Below are positions 37,356 through 50,600 of a DNA stretch of 64,000 nucleotides, piece after piece; position 1 is the first letter of the stretch, and every line of letters starts with the position of its first letter. Below the pieces are notes generated by a model that worked only from the letters and a program-made list of their open reading frames with translations, made no database searches and had not been told where the DNA came from. Both the position numbers and the translations under genes were made by a program. The stretch lies in assembly GCF_037042905.1 (NCBI RefSeq), contig NC_087254.1, positions 25,172,001-25,236,000 on the forward strand. The letters are read 5' to 3'. This DNA comes from Lytechinus pictus (Eukaryota).

Positions 37356-39376
37356 TTTTTGTAAACAGATTATCATTTATTGTGATTCCCCATTCAATTA
37401 TATGATTGTATATTGTATTAATGTATGGGGAGGGGGTGGGGTGAAGTAAATATAAAAAAGTACATGGATGTTAAACGTCTTAGAATATGCTATTTCAAAA
37501 GCTTTTCATGACTCAATATCAATTTGAAACTAACTATACTCCCAACAACTCGATTAGAATGTGAAATACCAAGTTTGCAGACATGTGGTTTTCATATTAA
37601 AGTTCCCTTGCTCTGCTGTGCAGCTGAGAAACTACTTCTATTGTAAAAGCAAATGGTAAATGCATGGTAGAACATGGGAGTTATGAATAACACAAATATC
37701 AGTGGTAAATTACACCATGGAAATGAACATAACACTATGCACACAAAATGTATTATAACAAAGGATATTGATCACAATAGATTTCACCCTTGCATAAATT
37801 ACACTGATGGTCCTCTTTGTACACCACAGGTGGCGTAGTGTTAACCCCCCTCCCCGATTTAAACAGTGTACGGTCTCTGTAGACAGGTGGGGCGCTATGG
37901 CTGCTTTGGCTGTACATTTGTAATAATAAAAAATAAGAAACAAGGTGATCTCCAGAAATACTTTATATATTTATTACTCCATAAATTCATTTGGTTTCTT
38001 TTAGTAGACATTGTGATATGCTATATGTGTGCTTTATATATACAAAATATTTACAACTTGATATTCCATTTATATTCAGTCATATCATATTCATGTAAAG
38101 TACATCATCATAGTCTTATTTATTCAAACCATAGCTATACACTTGTAATTTGTGAAATCAACAAATCCCCAAAACAATATACTTCAATATTTCAAATAAA
38201 TGTGTTAAGATCCACTTCCTTATAAAACCATACTTTAGCATATAGGTCCACGATAACAGTATGACATTGATAAGTTCTCTCTCCTTTAAAACCACCCTGT
38301 TTTCTGGATAAAAGACAGGTATTCCTCTAATAAAGATAGACTACCGTATCAGATAATTTTCGTCACTTGATAAAGAGTTGCAGCGGCACTCGAAAGCTCG
38401 TTAACTTGTAAGCTAGTGAACACTTTTTGCGAGAGTAATCACAAATTTCCTAGAAAGCTAGTGAACACTTTTTGCGAGAGTGATCACAAATTTCCTTGTT
38501 GACCATAGTAGATTGCAAGACAAAACAAATGAATGCCCTCTAGCGATTAAACATATGTTGTTGTAAATAAAACAGATATATTATTTGAAGGCCAGTTTCA
38601 TTTTGAGTTTGTGAGCTGATGCAACATACTATTAATTACCACATTGTTTATTTGAACAAGACATGTATTACCAGTTGTTACATACATGTCATAGCTGGTT
38701 TGTGTTGCAGATTTCAAGTAAAAATTAATGGTTAATGAGGTAAAAAGTTGTTCATCATTAAAATCAATAAAAATTGTGCCTAAATCAGTTAGGCCTGACC
38801 TCCAGTATCTCCTATAAATGCTTTCATAAATTGAACAGCGACTAAGTCTGAAGTTAGCAGTCAAGTTTGTAAAGTTAGGCAGCTGATAATAATACTGGCT
38901 TTTAACTTCAACTTTATAGGCCCGAGTCACAAATATTCAGAGTCAAAATGTAAACATTCATCTATCCCATATTCTCCAAATAGCAAAAGAAAGATAATGT
39001 ACATATAATTTAAATGTTATACAAAATCACACAAAATCAAATAACTAAAAGAAAGATAATTTCACAGCAATGACCCATACTCCCTTCACAGGCAAAACAA
39101 GAATATTCTCATAAGATTCTGTAAAGAATATAATACTTAAAGTATAGTTAGATTTAAAGATATTTATTGATTAACAAATAAACAATGGCATTAAACCCCT
39201 CCTTTTTTCTTCAAAGATACTTTAAACTGAAAATGACACAGAGTTATATTAAACAGCTACAATAAAAAAATCTACTCCGGATACTTTAACTTTAAAGAAC
39301 AAATTCAGAACGTTAAATGTAAAAGTAATATCAAACATTTCATAAATAATTTAAAAGAAATTAAATCAAATGGCCG

Positions 39377-39898
39377 AAACACAAAACTCTCATATATGTC
39401 CTGAAAAATTATCTTCTCCAAAATAATTTGATAGCATTTTTATGTGGTATTTGTTTACGATTGGATAATAAGGAGGTTTTTTTTTTGTGAAGCATAATTT
39501 GATTTGCACCAAAGTAAGGCATGAATGCAAGGAGTAAATCCAGATGTCCATGAAGTCATAATCCTACAAGAGTTGCAGTAAATATGGTAAAGCTCATTGC
39601 AAAATGTATTTTTTGCATGACCTAACATGATAATTGCTTAATAAACACCATTTAGTATTCATTCCTATGTTAAACAAATCTATTGAAAATGTATGCAATG
39701 GCATTTACTGTAACTATGTGATTATGACTTCACGGACATCTAACATTATTCATGCTGTACTTTGGCAAAAATTTGAATTTCACACCACAACAAGCAATAC
39801 CTCCTAATTATCGAAGTGTATACATATACCACATAAAAATGGTATCAAATTATGTTGGAGAAGGTACTCTTTCAGGACACATATGAGAGTTTGTGTTT
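39377..39898. repeat. Long imperfect inverted repeat (foldback MITE)
   Basis: AAACACAAAACTCTCATATATGTCCTGAAA...ATTTTTATGTGGTAT is mirrored by ATACCACATAAAAAT...TTTCAGGACACATATGAGAGTTTGTGTTT. Confidence 0.8.
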
Positions 39899-42800
39899 AA
39901 GTCACATTTTTTTCATTAAATTTGTGATTTTACCGGTAAAATTTTTTTTCTGACTCACACTGTAGTTTCTGCAGACAAAACAATGGAAATCAGAAAAGTT
40001 GTTTTCATATTCTAAATGTTGCCAAAACTGAAGGACATGCTTTCCAAAAATATCAAATTGCTGTTTAAAATCTGAGCTGTTTTATGGGTCATACTTGTCT
40101 TTATCCTCCATTTTTATCCCTTAACATGTTGATAATTGATTTTTATACTTTTTTGTAATTGCAATAAATAATCAGCCACAAATTTTCCTCAATGTGCATC
40201 TTAATCTGTACCTATCATGTAACATTATTAAAATCATCCTCGTTATTCTCATATTCTGACATCCATTTTATTTTTTTACAAAGAACAAAAAGGTGATAAT
40301 TGAAAAAAATAAGTTTGATGTTGGGGGAAAAACAACATTCTTATATACATATACCTATCTTTGTATGTGTTATTGCTTAAAATAATATACAATGCGCTTT
40401 AGTATGTGGTTATACTCATAAAAATAAAAGCAAATATAATATCTTTATAACTCCTTGCCTTTTGGAGGATCTTGTAATAATGTCTTAAGATGAAACATAA
40501 TACTTTTCAAATTATCATCCAATAGTTGAGGTAACAACAGGTATAACAAAGTTAAATGTGAATCACAGAAATAAAAAGTTTACATTTGGCCATTACCTGT
40601 TTTACATCTAATTGATAATGATCACTGAGCCAATGACTGATGAAATAAATTCCTTCAGGTTACTTTTATAAACACTTTAACTATAGGAAATCTTTGATAA
40701 AAATATGTTTACACGCCGTGAATTCAATTACATTGCACATGCACTGTATTTCATGTTGAAAACATTGGTCTTCATGTCTTCTTTCACTCTCGACTGTATA
40801 CACTCTCATTTCAAATTCTCCATTGGAAATGAATAAACACAAGATGTGAATTCCAGAGATAATTCCATGGCATAACAAATCCTAATATGTAACTGCATTA
40901 TTTTTATATCATACTTCAGGCATCACAACAATTTCTCATGTGATTTACCACCTGTCTAACTTGTTGGAGGAAAAACAAAACTTTTGACCAATCAGATGCA
41001 TATATTCCATTGAACCAGGGGAATCCCCTTGTGCTAGTCTTTCACTTCAAGCATGTTGCTACAAAGTAATAGCATTCGTAAAGTATGGAAATCAGGTAAA
41101 AAGATGTGAAAATAATTGTGCACCACTCTATTTTAGTACTATAATCATAATAATATAAAACATTATCATTGTTTTTATTTTATCATTACTATAATTATTT
41201 TCGTTATTGTTATTGTTATTTTTTATTATTATTATGATGATGATTATTATTATAATTATTATCATCATTGTTTTTTAGGGGTGGACCACTTACTTTATGG
41301 ACCACTCAACTCTATATTAATATATTAGAGGAAAATAGTTTAAAAGCAGAATGAAATAGTTATGCATATGAGGAATATTGACGAGGGCGGAGGTTAAAAG
41401 AAACAAATTTTGTTACTTTGACACCAAACAGAAAAATCATTAAATGGTAGCTTCGTAAATCCCTTTCATAATATAATTTTCTACTCTTCTTGGTCTTAAA
41501 TCAATCTAGATCTTCTTTCATTTACTCAAACATCATGAGAGTACCGGTACTCTTTCACTGCAAGTCATTTTACAAAGCAACATATATCAATATATACTAT
41601 TTCCTTTCACAATATACAAAAAATATTTGTTTTGCTTACAGTATAATCATTTTCAAACTTAATGTTTTATACATATGCTTTCATGCCTTTTATCAAAGCC
41701 ATTTTTTGTCTCAATTTAAAAATGTATTATCAACAAGGTGTATAAAATCTTAAGAAGAAGAAGAAAATACTTTATCCATATACTTTATATATGTTATTAA
41801 TCTAGTAACATGTCAACCAATAATATTTATAAGACTACAATTCAGAAAGAATACAAGGAAAGAAAGCAAAGAATTGCACAATTAATATAACATTTGGAGC
41901 ATCTTGGTAGATGTTTCATAAAAATGTTCCTAAGTTATGCACAGCTTTCTTTTAATGGTTTACACTTACACCAACTCAACTGATGACACTCTCTTGGGTG
42001 CTAAATTTACACTGACACTAACACCACTGATAACACTTTCTTGGGTGCTAAATTTACTCTAACACCACTGATTACACTTTCGTGGGTGCTAAATCACTTC
42101 AATCACTTTGATTCATATTAGCTTAAGCTGAATCTGACCTTTATAGATTAAAATGGTTAACAACCATCTAAATGGAAAATTGATCAGTTTACAAATTTTG
42201 ATTAGGGTTACAAGAAATGCACTCCAAATATGCTTAAACCAGGAAAATTTGGTGTATATTCATTTAGTATAAGAAAGGGTCATGAGTTGTGCGTAAAGTT
42301 GTGTATAACATGATCAGCTCTATGAAACACTCCCCAGGTCACCTCACCATACACCTGTATTACCAATTTGAAAGTGAACATTACACCCCTTAGATACTAG
42401 AAATAAGTAGTATGATTAAAACACACTGAAAGAATACTATGCTATTTAATTTGAGAAATATTCTCTAAATTAATAACTTTGAGAATGTAACAACAAAATA
42501 TACAGTGCCAAACATATTTAAATATGATTGTGACAAGTGCTAATATTGCAGCAATTCGTACATGGTCAACAATAGTGCAAACTTACATGTACCCTGACAT
42601 AAATACAAACACATTAAACAGAATAAAGGATTCAAGATTAAGCATTAAAAGTAGACTTTTGTCAGTGACTTGCAGACCTTGATCACGTACCTTGTTACAA
42701 AGCCAATGAATATTGGTCAGAGTGTTTATAAGACAGTGAAATAAATTACCCCATCTATAGTTATGCTAAATTTATTAGCGTTCTACTCTTGAGAGTCCCT

Positions 42801-44663
42801 ACCCCCAAAACGAAAGTTTCTTGCTTTTTTTTTATATCTCCTGAATTTTGCAAATATATGCAACTGAGCTTTTTGTGCCAAGAGCTTTATCTGAATCGTA
42901 CATGACCTGTAAACACTGGTGTAGGACTAAGTATGGTATTCAAGTACTATCCAAAAACCATTTCAATGTCAATGCCTACATATTGCAATCGGTCATGACG
43001 ATTGTTTATGCCCCTTACGCAAAATGGTCTGCGAACACTTGTGACCTTTTGGTTGCATGACAGGCTGCAACAGGCATCAGAATGGCTTTCATAAATGCAA
43101 CAGCAGTCGTACAAAAAAAAGTGACCAGTAAGTCGCAATTACCCACATACATATAGCGCTCATGCGAATGGCACTGCGTTCACAAGTGAGTGTTGCATGA
43201 GTGATTACAAGTGGTTTTACACCAATCTCAAAACTCAATACCGGTAGTTGCACTACTGATTGCATAGTCATGACAGTCGACTTGAGGCAATGCGATCACT
43301 TGTACAATTGCATGAAACCGGTGGGACTGGTCTTAATGGTTGTAGAAGCCAATGCGAGTGAATCAATCGTACTTGATTGCTCTTTTAATTTGACCATGTT
43401 CAAAGTTCTGGGCCTCATCTTACAAAGGGTTACGATTGAACCAATCAACCGTAACTCTATAGAAATCCATCTATGTCATAATTTTTTCTACGAAAACTTT
43501 GCACAATGTATGCAAAGAGAAGCACAGTGAATTTTCAAGAAAACAATTAATGCATGAATATACATCATAGCTAGAAAATACTTTGAACAAACATACATAA
43601 AAAATTTTGACGTTGCTGGCCGTCGATAATTGTGATGGATCAGATCAATCGCAACTCTTTGTAAGACCAGTCACAAACACCTCAGGTTCATGCAATCGCC
43701 TACGACTGCGAGTGCTTGCAAGACACCAAGCAATCAATCGTGCAACACCAAGAAAAAACAGCTGTAGATGGTGGTAAACTGATCAGGGATCTATTGTGAA
43801 AGGGCCTTTAGGAGCAAATTTGACATAGAAATTTCTTTCTTGTTTATGACCACTTTATTTTTTACAGGTGATAATAATGGAGATTTAATGTATATAGTGC
43901 TATCTATCTAGATATAAATTTATTCCTTATTATTACCATGGCTTTAGCTGCCACTTCCAGTGCTCAGTGCATTGAAGCAAATAATCCTGCCAGGTATCTA
44001 TTTGCCTCACATGGGGTGAATGCAGCACATGAGATTTCCTGAACATGTAATATTATGTAATCTGATAAATATTGATGCATGAGAAAAGAAACAACAAGCA
44101 AAAGCATTACATTGTGATACACCCTCATATTTGACATTGATCATAAAATCCCCAAATACTGCAATCTTCAAAATAAACATGACACCATATTCAAACAGAT
44201 CTTTCTCATCAGCTGTATCTATTAATTTCTCTGGAAAACATTTCTTCGATTCAGTACACAACCTTCCCCCACTCTAATATGTGCATAGCACAATTTCTGA
44301 ACTTGTTGAAAAGATTTTTAACTTGAAATTTCAACTTCTGTGCTCAGTCTACTCTCATAACATGTTCAAGACTTCAACTCAACATGTTGATATTCATACA
44401 TTTCTCTGGAAAAATATCTTTATTTCAATTGATAATAATCACCATACTCTATTACTCTGTACACAGAGTAATCTCATATGGAAAGATTTCAACTCAAAAT
44501 CTTTCAACATGAATATTTCTCTGGTAGGAATTTCTCCTACAATATAGCCGTCATTTTGTAATATGCATCTTCCTTCTACGTTACTTTGTGCACAGTGCAA
44601 TCTCTTAATATTGGTAATGTCCTTTATAAAACTGGAAGTAGAGTCCTGTCATCTCTACTGTCA

Positions 44664-47600
44664 TCATGATCCTCCTTGAGCGAGATCGCTTTGATCCTCG
44701 ACAGCATCGGCGAATTCATCATCGTCTCCGGCATCGGTGGAGTCTCTACTCGACGTTCTCTCGAGACCCTGGTGCACCTTTCTGTTCGTTTCCGCTTGGA
44801 GGCGCTGTTCATACTTCCTCACGTCTTCTTCGGTCATGTCTGAAAGGAAGGATAATTCATCAGAGCAACAAAGAGCAGTTAAATCATCAAACAAATCAAT
44901 CGAGGTGTGCTTAAAGGGATACTCCGAGCTGAAAATATTTATATCTAGATAAATAGAGTAAAATTCAGAGCAAAATGCTGAAAATTTCATCAAAATCGGA
45001 TAACAAACAAATAACAAATAAGTTATTGAATTTTAAAGATTTGCATTATTCCGGTAAAACAGTTCTAGGCATTTCTTCATGAATATTCATTAGGTGGGCT
45101 GATGATGAAACATCCCCACTTTCCTTTTTCTTATGTTATTACCTGAAATCATAATTGTTTCATTTTTTCATAAATGTGTAAATGATGTGTCTCCTTTATG
45201 ATGAAATAAGTTGTAGCAATAAATAACTAATGCACCAGTTGTCAATCCAGTTGTTTTAGTTCTTGGTAGAAAATTCATGAATGAACCTAATTTCATATAC
45301 TAAAATACAAAAGAACAAGTGGGAATATGACATCAGCCCACTTAATGAATATTCATGAAGACATGCCTAGAACTGTTTCACCGGTATAATGCAAATCTTT
45401 AAAATTCAATAACTTCGTTATTTGTTATCCGATTTTGATCAAATTTTCAGCATTTTGCTTTGTGAATTTTCATCTATTTATTGAGATATGAATATTGTCA
45501 ACCTGGAGCATCCCTTTAATGGAGTTAACGCTTTATATTTGTTTGTTTGGTTGTTTTTTAATTCAGCTGTTGCTGATAATTTTGGTACCAAAATCTTATA
45601 ATGACCCCAAACAAAGACAAAATGTATCTGTTTGTCAACACTTATGTACAATGACTTGCCAAGAAATATGGGTGGTGTTTAATAAAACTGTTAATCATAA
45701 CTTTACATATAGGTGCTACTCTTACTCCACATCACCAGACTTATCTGTTTAAACATAGGAAGAATTCCCCTTTTCAAACATATCATAAATTTTGAATTCA
45801 GATGCTTACCAATTCATTGAATTTCAATCTTTAAATATAAGATTTCAAATTAAGTCAGTTGGAATGAATACGAGAATCTGATTAGGCTTCAAAGGGCATT
45901 TCACAAATTATGAGTGAAGTCGTGCATAACTTCTGCACAGCTTTATGAAATGTAATCTTTCCCAGACAGGAAGGCAACCATTAGAAGAATTAAGGGTTCA
46001 ACTTCACAAAGTGTGACAAATGAGTTCTTGATTTTGACTTCACAATTAAGCAGGGTGATATATAGTACCAAAGTCTTATCAATGGCGTAGATTAAAGCAG
46101 CGAAACTATTGTTTGATTTACTCTGGCGACAATTGCTCCACTTTAACCCCTACAGAGCTGGGTTATTTGGACCCCTCGGCCTTCAATCGTGCGAGCGTCG
46201 CCAGTGGTAGTGTGCGCTAAAATATATAAGGATGTATGGTTATTTTTTTTGAAATAATAAGATATTTCATTAAATGAATTAATTATGCTAATTTAGGCAT
46301 GAAATTAAACATTTGCTCTAATCAACTATCAAACGGCACCAAAACTGCTATTTCTTCATTCACAGACTCTTTGTAGGATCCTGATCAAATGTACTTAAAA
46401 AAAATTTGGTATCGCAATTTTTTTCTTATGTATTTTGTTTTTTAAATTTCTTATGTATTTCTATGTTTTTTATTGTTTTGTCAATAGAAATTGTTGCAGA
46501 CTCAATGCTGATCATTTACAAGACAAAATTAATTAAGTTTAATCAGTAAAAGTAGGAATAATGATACATTTATCAATTTTGGCTAAGTACACAATTTGCA
46601 TTGGATTTGTACATGAATTCACGTTTTTGAGCAGTTTTGGGTCTGACATGCACTAACATAATGCCCAGGGGGGGGGGGGGGGGGGCCACTTACATTGACG
46701 AGTGGATACCATGCGCGACCAAAAAAACACGTAAAAAGGATGTCTTTTTCAAGATAGGGCACGTTACGTACGTAACGTAATAAGGGTGTAAAAAACACTA
46801 AAATAATGAAAAAAGGGTATCTATTTCGCGAGGAAAGCTACGTGTTTAGGGTCAAATTTGCAAAGGTATAAAAAATCGAGACTAAAATGTTTTATAACGG
46901 ATGTACTTTTTGCCCCAAGAACCAACACTACGTGTTAAGAGTACGATTTGCGCAATCGTGGGGCTGTACTAAACCCAATGATGTATGTAAAGGTAAAACC
47001 GACGTCCGTTACATAACAGTTGAAATATCGCCGTACTTGTTTAGGGGTTCAATTCAGGGAATACTTGCCAATTATCGTTTTGTTTCCAATACTGGTTAAG
47101 GGTAGGGTTTAACACGCCAAAACTTGTTAAGGGGGCATTTTTAGAATATGGAAAATACGTGTTTAGGGTGCTTTTTGAGATCTCATGGTCACGCATGGTA
47201 TCCACTCGTCAATGGAAGTGGCCCCCTCCGGACATAATGTTGCGTAATTTCGTAACATCGTAACCGGGCATCGCAAATTTGGTCTCAAAAGTTGTGCGAG
47301 ATTTAAAAGTAAAAAGTCACGGTTGAAAAATTTTGCGTGGCGGATTTATCGTGAAAAATTTAGAATCTGCCCCCCCCCTCAGGCCTTTTAGGGTTAAATT
47401 CCACACACTAATCGAAAGTCTAACTAACCCTGGATTCAACATCCTATACTAAACCTAACTATAAACCTTACATAGAACCCTGTTGCAACCCTATATCGTA
47501 GAAGAAATAAAGCCAGGAACAATTTGTCACAGAAGCAAATATTGTGTCACATATTATTCGGGGAGGGGGGGGGATGAACTGTTGCGTCATCCTTCCACTT

Positions 47601-50600
47601 GAATAGTACGGCGTCATGTATAACGCCCATGAGTTGTAATGACTATCAACTGTTTTAGTATAAAACTAATCCATGCTTACTACGCTTATCATGGAGATCA
47701 TAAAACTGGTAAGCTTATTGTTTCTTAGCTATGTATATTTCCATGAGTAACTACCTACAGCCTTTATGTTCAAGATATGTAGCAAAGAAATGACAATGTA
47801 GAAGAGTCAGTGAAGCAAAGGAAGAGTAGAAAGCTGCAATGTATAAACAAATCATGATGTATATACCCCCCTCTACTGTTGATTGACATGCCAATCCCCA
47901 AAGTTGGCAACAGGCATGCATAAGGCAATGCATTAGCAATTTTCAACTTTAGCAAGTTAACCAGTTGTTGTATTCATGATTTTGGTTGTGTTTTCATGGC
48001 CAGAAATAAACATAGTTTTTAAATTATACTGAAAGGAAATTTGGGTCACCTAATTAGTGAAATCAAAGCGAAGTTCAATCCTGTTACGAAATTTGCTTAT
48101 GCAGTATGGATTTGGTGCAGTGAAAATATCATCAAGTTGTATAAGTTTCAAATGTACCAAATTTCTTCAATGCGAAATTTTTAGAATATGTTTAGTTATA
48201 TCATTACTGCTGCTATTCCTATCCCTGGAAGAGCCAGGTGTCCTATCGATTGACTCCAATGTACCCTATCCTTGGACTTGAACAATACTGTGCCCTCTTA
48301 AAGTCTTCTAAAGCGTCGTGGCCCAGTGGATTAGTCTCCGGACTTTGAAACAGAGGGTCATGGGTTCAAATCCAAGCCATGGCGTAATTTCCTTCAGCAA
48401 AGAATTCATCTAGTGTGCTGCACTCGACCCAGGTGAGGTTAATGGGTACCGGCAGGAATTCCTAAAAAAAAGCTGTATGCACCTGAATAGGTAGCCTAGC
48501 TTAGCTGGGTTATAATAATAGCAGGGCCCGCTGGGAGCTGGGTAAATATACTGTTATTATTATTATTATTATCATTATTATTATCATTATTATTATTCAT
48601 CATTGTGCTGTAATATGGAAATGTGCTCTAAAGACCTTGCCCTAAAAATATTGAAAAGTGAAGCCTGCATCAGGAAGAACTTTCCCTTCAGATATTTTGG
48701 AAAGAAGTTTGTGATAATCAGGCCACATATAAATAAAACAATGCAATGAGTTAAGGGGAATTTTGCAGGTTGTGTAATACTTTGTGTGAAATGAACTTAC
48801 CATACCACTCATCAATCCATGAAAAAGCTTGTCTGTGACCCAGTAATAGGATGTCTTGTATTGCCTATTAAAATGGAGAAATGATAAATAAAGAGAGTAT
48901 AATTTATAATATCATATCCAAGTTGAGTACTGTAAAGTCTGTTTTAGAGGCAATCTCCATATACCAGTCATCTGCCTAAAGTGACTATTTACACCACAAT
49001 TGCAACCAAGGCATGTGTATAAAAAAGCAGTCACTTGTCTTTCATAGTGACCACAATAAACTGGTGAATTCCCACGGAAGAATAAACATGTATTTTGGGG
49101 CTTCCTGCCTATAGTGACCTATGATTCTCGTGGAGACATAATACATGTATACATCTGTCTGCAGTAGCCACTCATCCACTTCCTTTGAGCTGTCACTGTC
49201 GACATGTTTCCTGTCATTACCATAATCAGCAAATGTTATGCAATTGGTGCCCAGTGTCTCATACTGTGAAGGGTACAAGATCTTCTTACAGGTATTTGCC
49301 AAACATGACTGTCATAGAAAACATCTAATTACTGTAAACTTTAGCAAAATTACAAAAAATGAGCAATATACATCTTCACAAAGACAATAATACAAGTTCC
49401 AACATGCGCTTATCTGTGTTGGTAATCTTCAGTATGCTGGCTTTTGAGCGCAAATTTCATGATATCACAAAGTTTAATTTGCATATTTACTACTAGCTCT
49501 CTGCATATTGTTAAAATTAATCTTTGAATTTAAAGATTATAGCAAGAAATTATTGTTTGCTGCAACTACACAAGTCTTGCTTTAACTTCATTATGTTAGT
49601 GGCATATATGTATGCAGTAGATCTATAGTGGTATGAACGTCAGCATTTCATGCCCTGGATAATAATACTAACTGGATCAAGAGCTTTCACATATTTCCAT
49701 ATCTATCAAGCCACATGTTTTAAGCTGGTGGTATCAAGTTTTAATGAAGCCAGAAATATAACTCCCGTTGAATATCAATCAGACTGAAGGATAAAAAAAA
49801 AAGAGCTGATCAAAAGAATTTGAAGTCATGATAACACCTATATTCCTGGAAGTGTTTAAAAAAGGGTCAACTCTTGAGATGCTTAATTTGTCAATAGCAT
49901 CATATAACACACAATACTTTAACAGACTTTATTCATTATAATTTTCCCACCTTGGTTAAGAACACCTGAATGGTAAATATCTCCAATGAAAGCTGATATA
50001 TTACTCTGATGAAAAAATTATCTATACACTAATGGAGCTGGCAACAATAACTCCATAAAAAGTATGATGTTACATCAACTAAGGATATGGGACTGCATGG
50101 TATGGAAATATAACAGTGAATGATTTTAAATGTATTTGTATCTTCAATCATGCAAAATGAAAAAAAAATATTCAGAAACTTCAAATTGAATCATCAAGAT
50201 TTCTGTATACAGATGAAAATATCCCTTTACTTTTTATCAGCAATACTCCATCATTCATTTCTTTTTGGTTAGATAGGGTACTACAGTGTTCCTAGATTGT
50301 ATGCACATTAAATGGATGGTTAAAGAGCAAGCATGATGACGTGACAAAATGGCAGAGAAGGAGATCAAGCTTTCTGACAAAACACCTCTGCAAATCATTT
50401 CCATAATGAAGGTATCAGCATTGTAATGATGGTTTAGCTCTAATGACTCCCTAAGGCTATAATGACATGTTACTTTTCATTAGTGAGAAGATCTCAAAGA
50501 CTTTGTTGGATATAATGCTACTAGTAGTAATCCTGTGGATATAGGTGGGTGCATAATAGGTCTTTTATGATATTCTCTCTTTGTAAAGTTCAAAGAGTGG

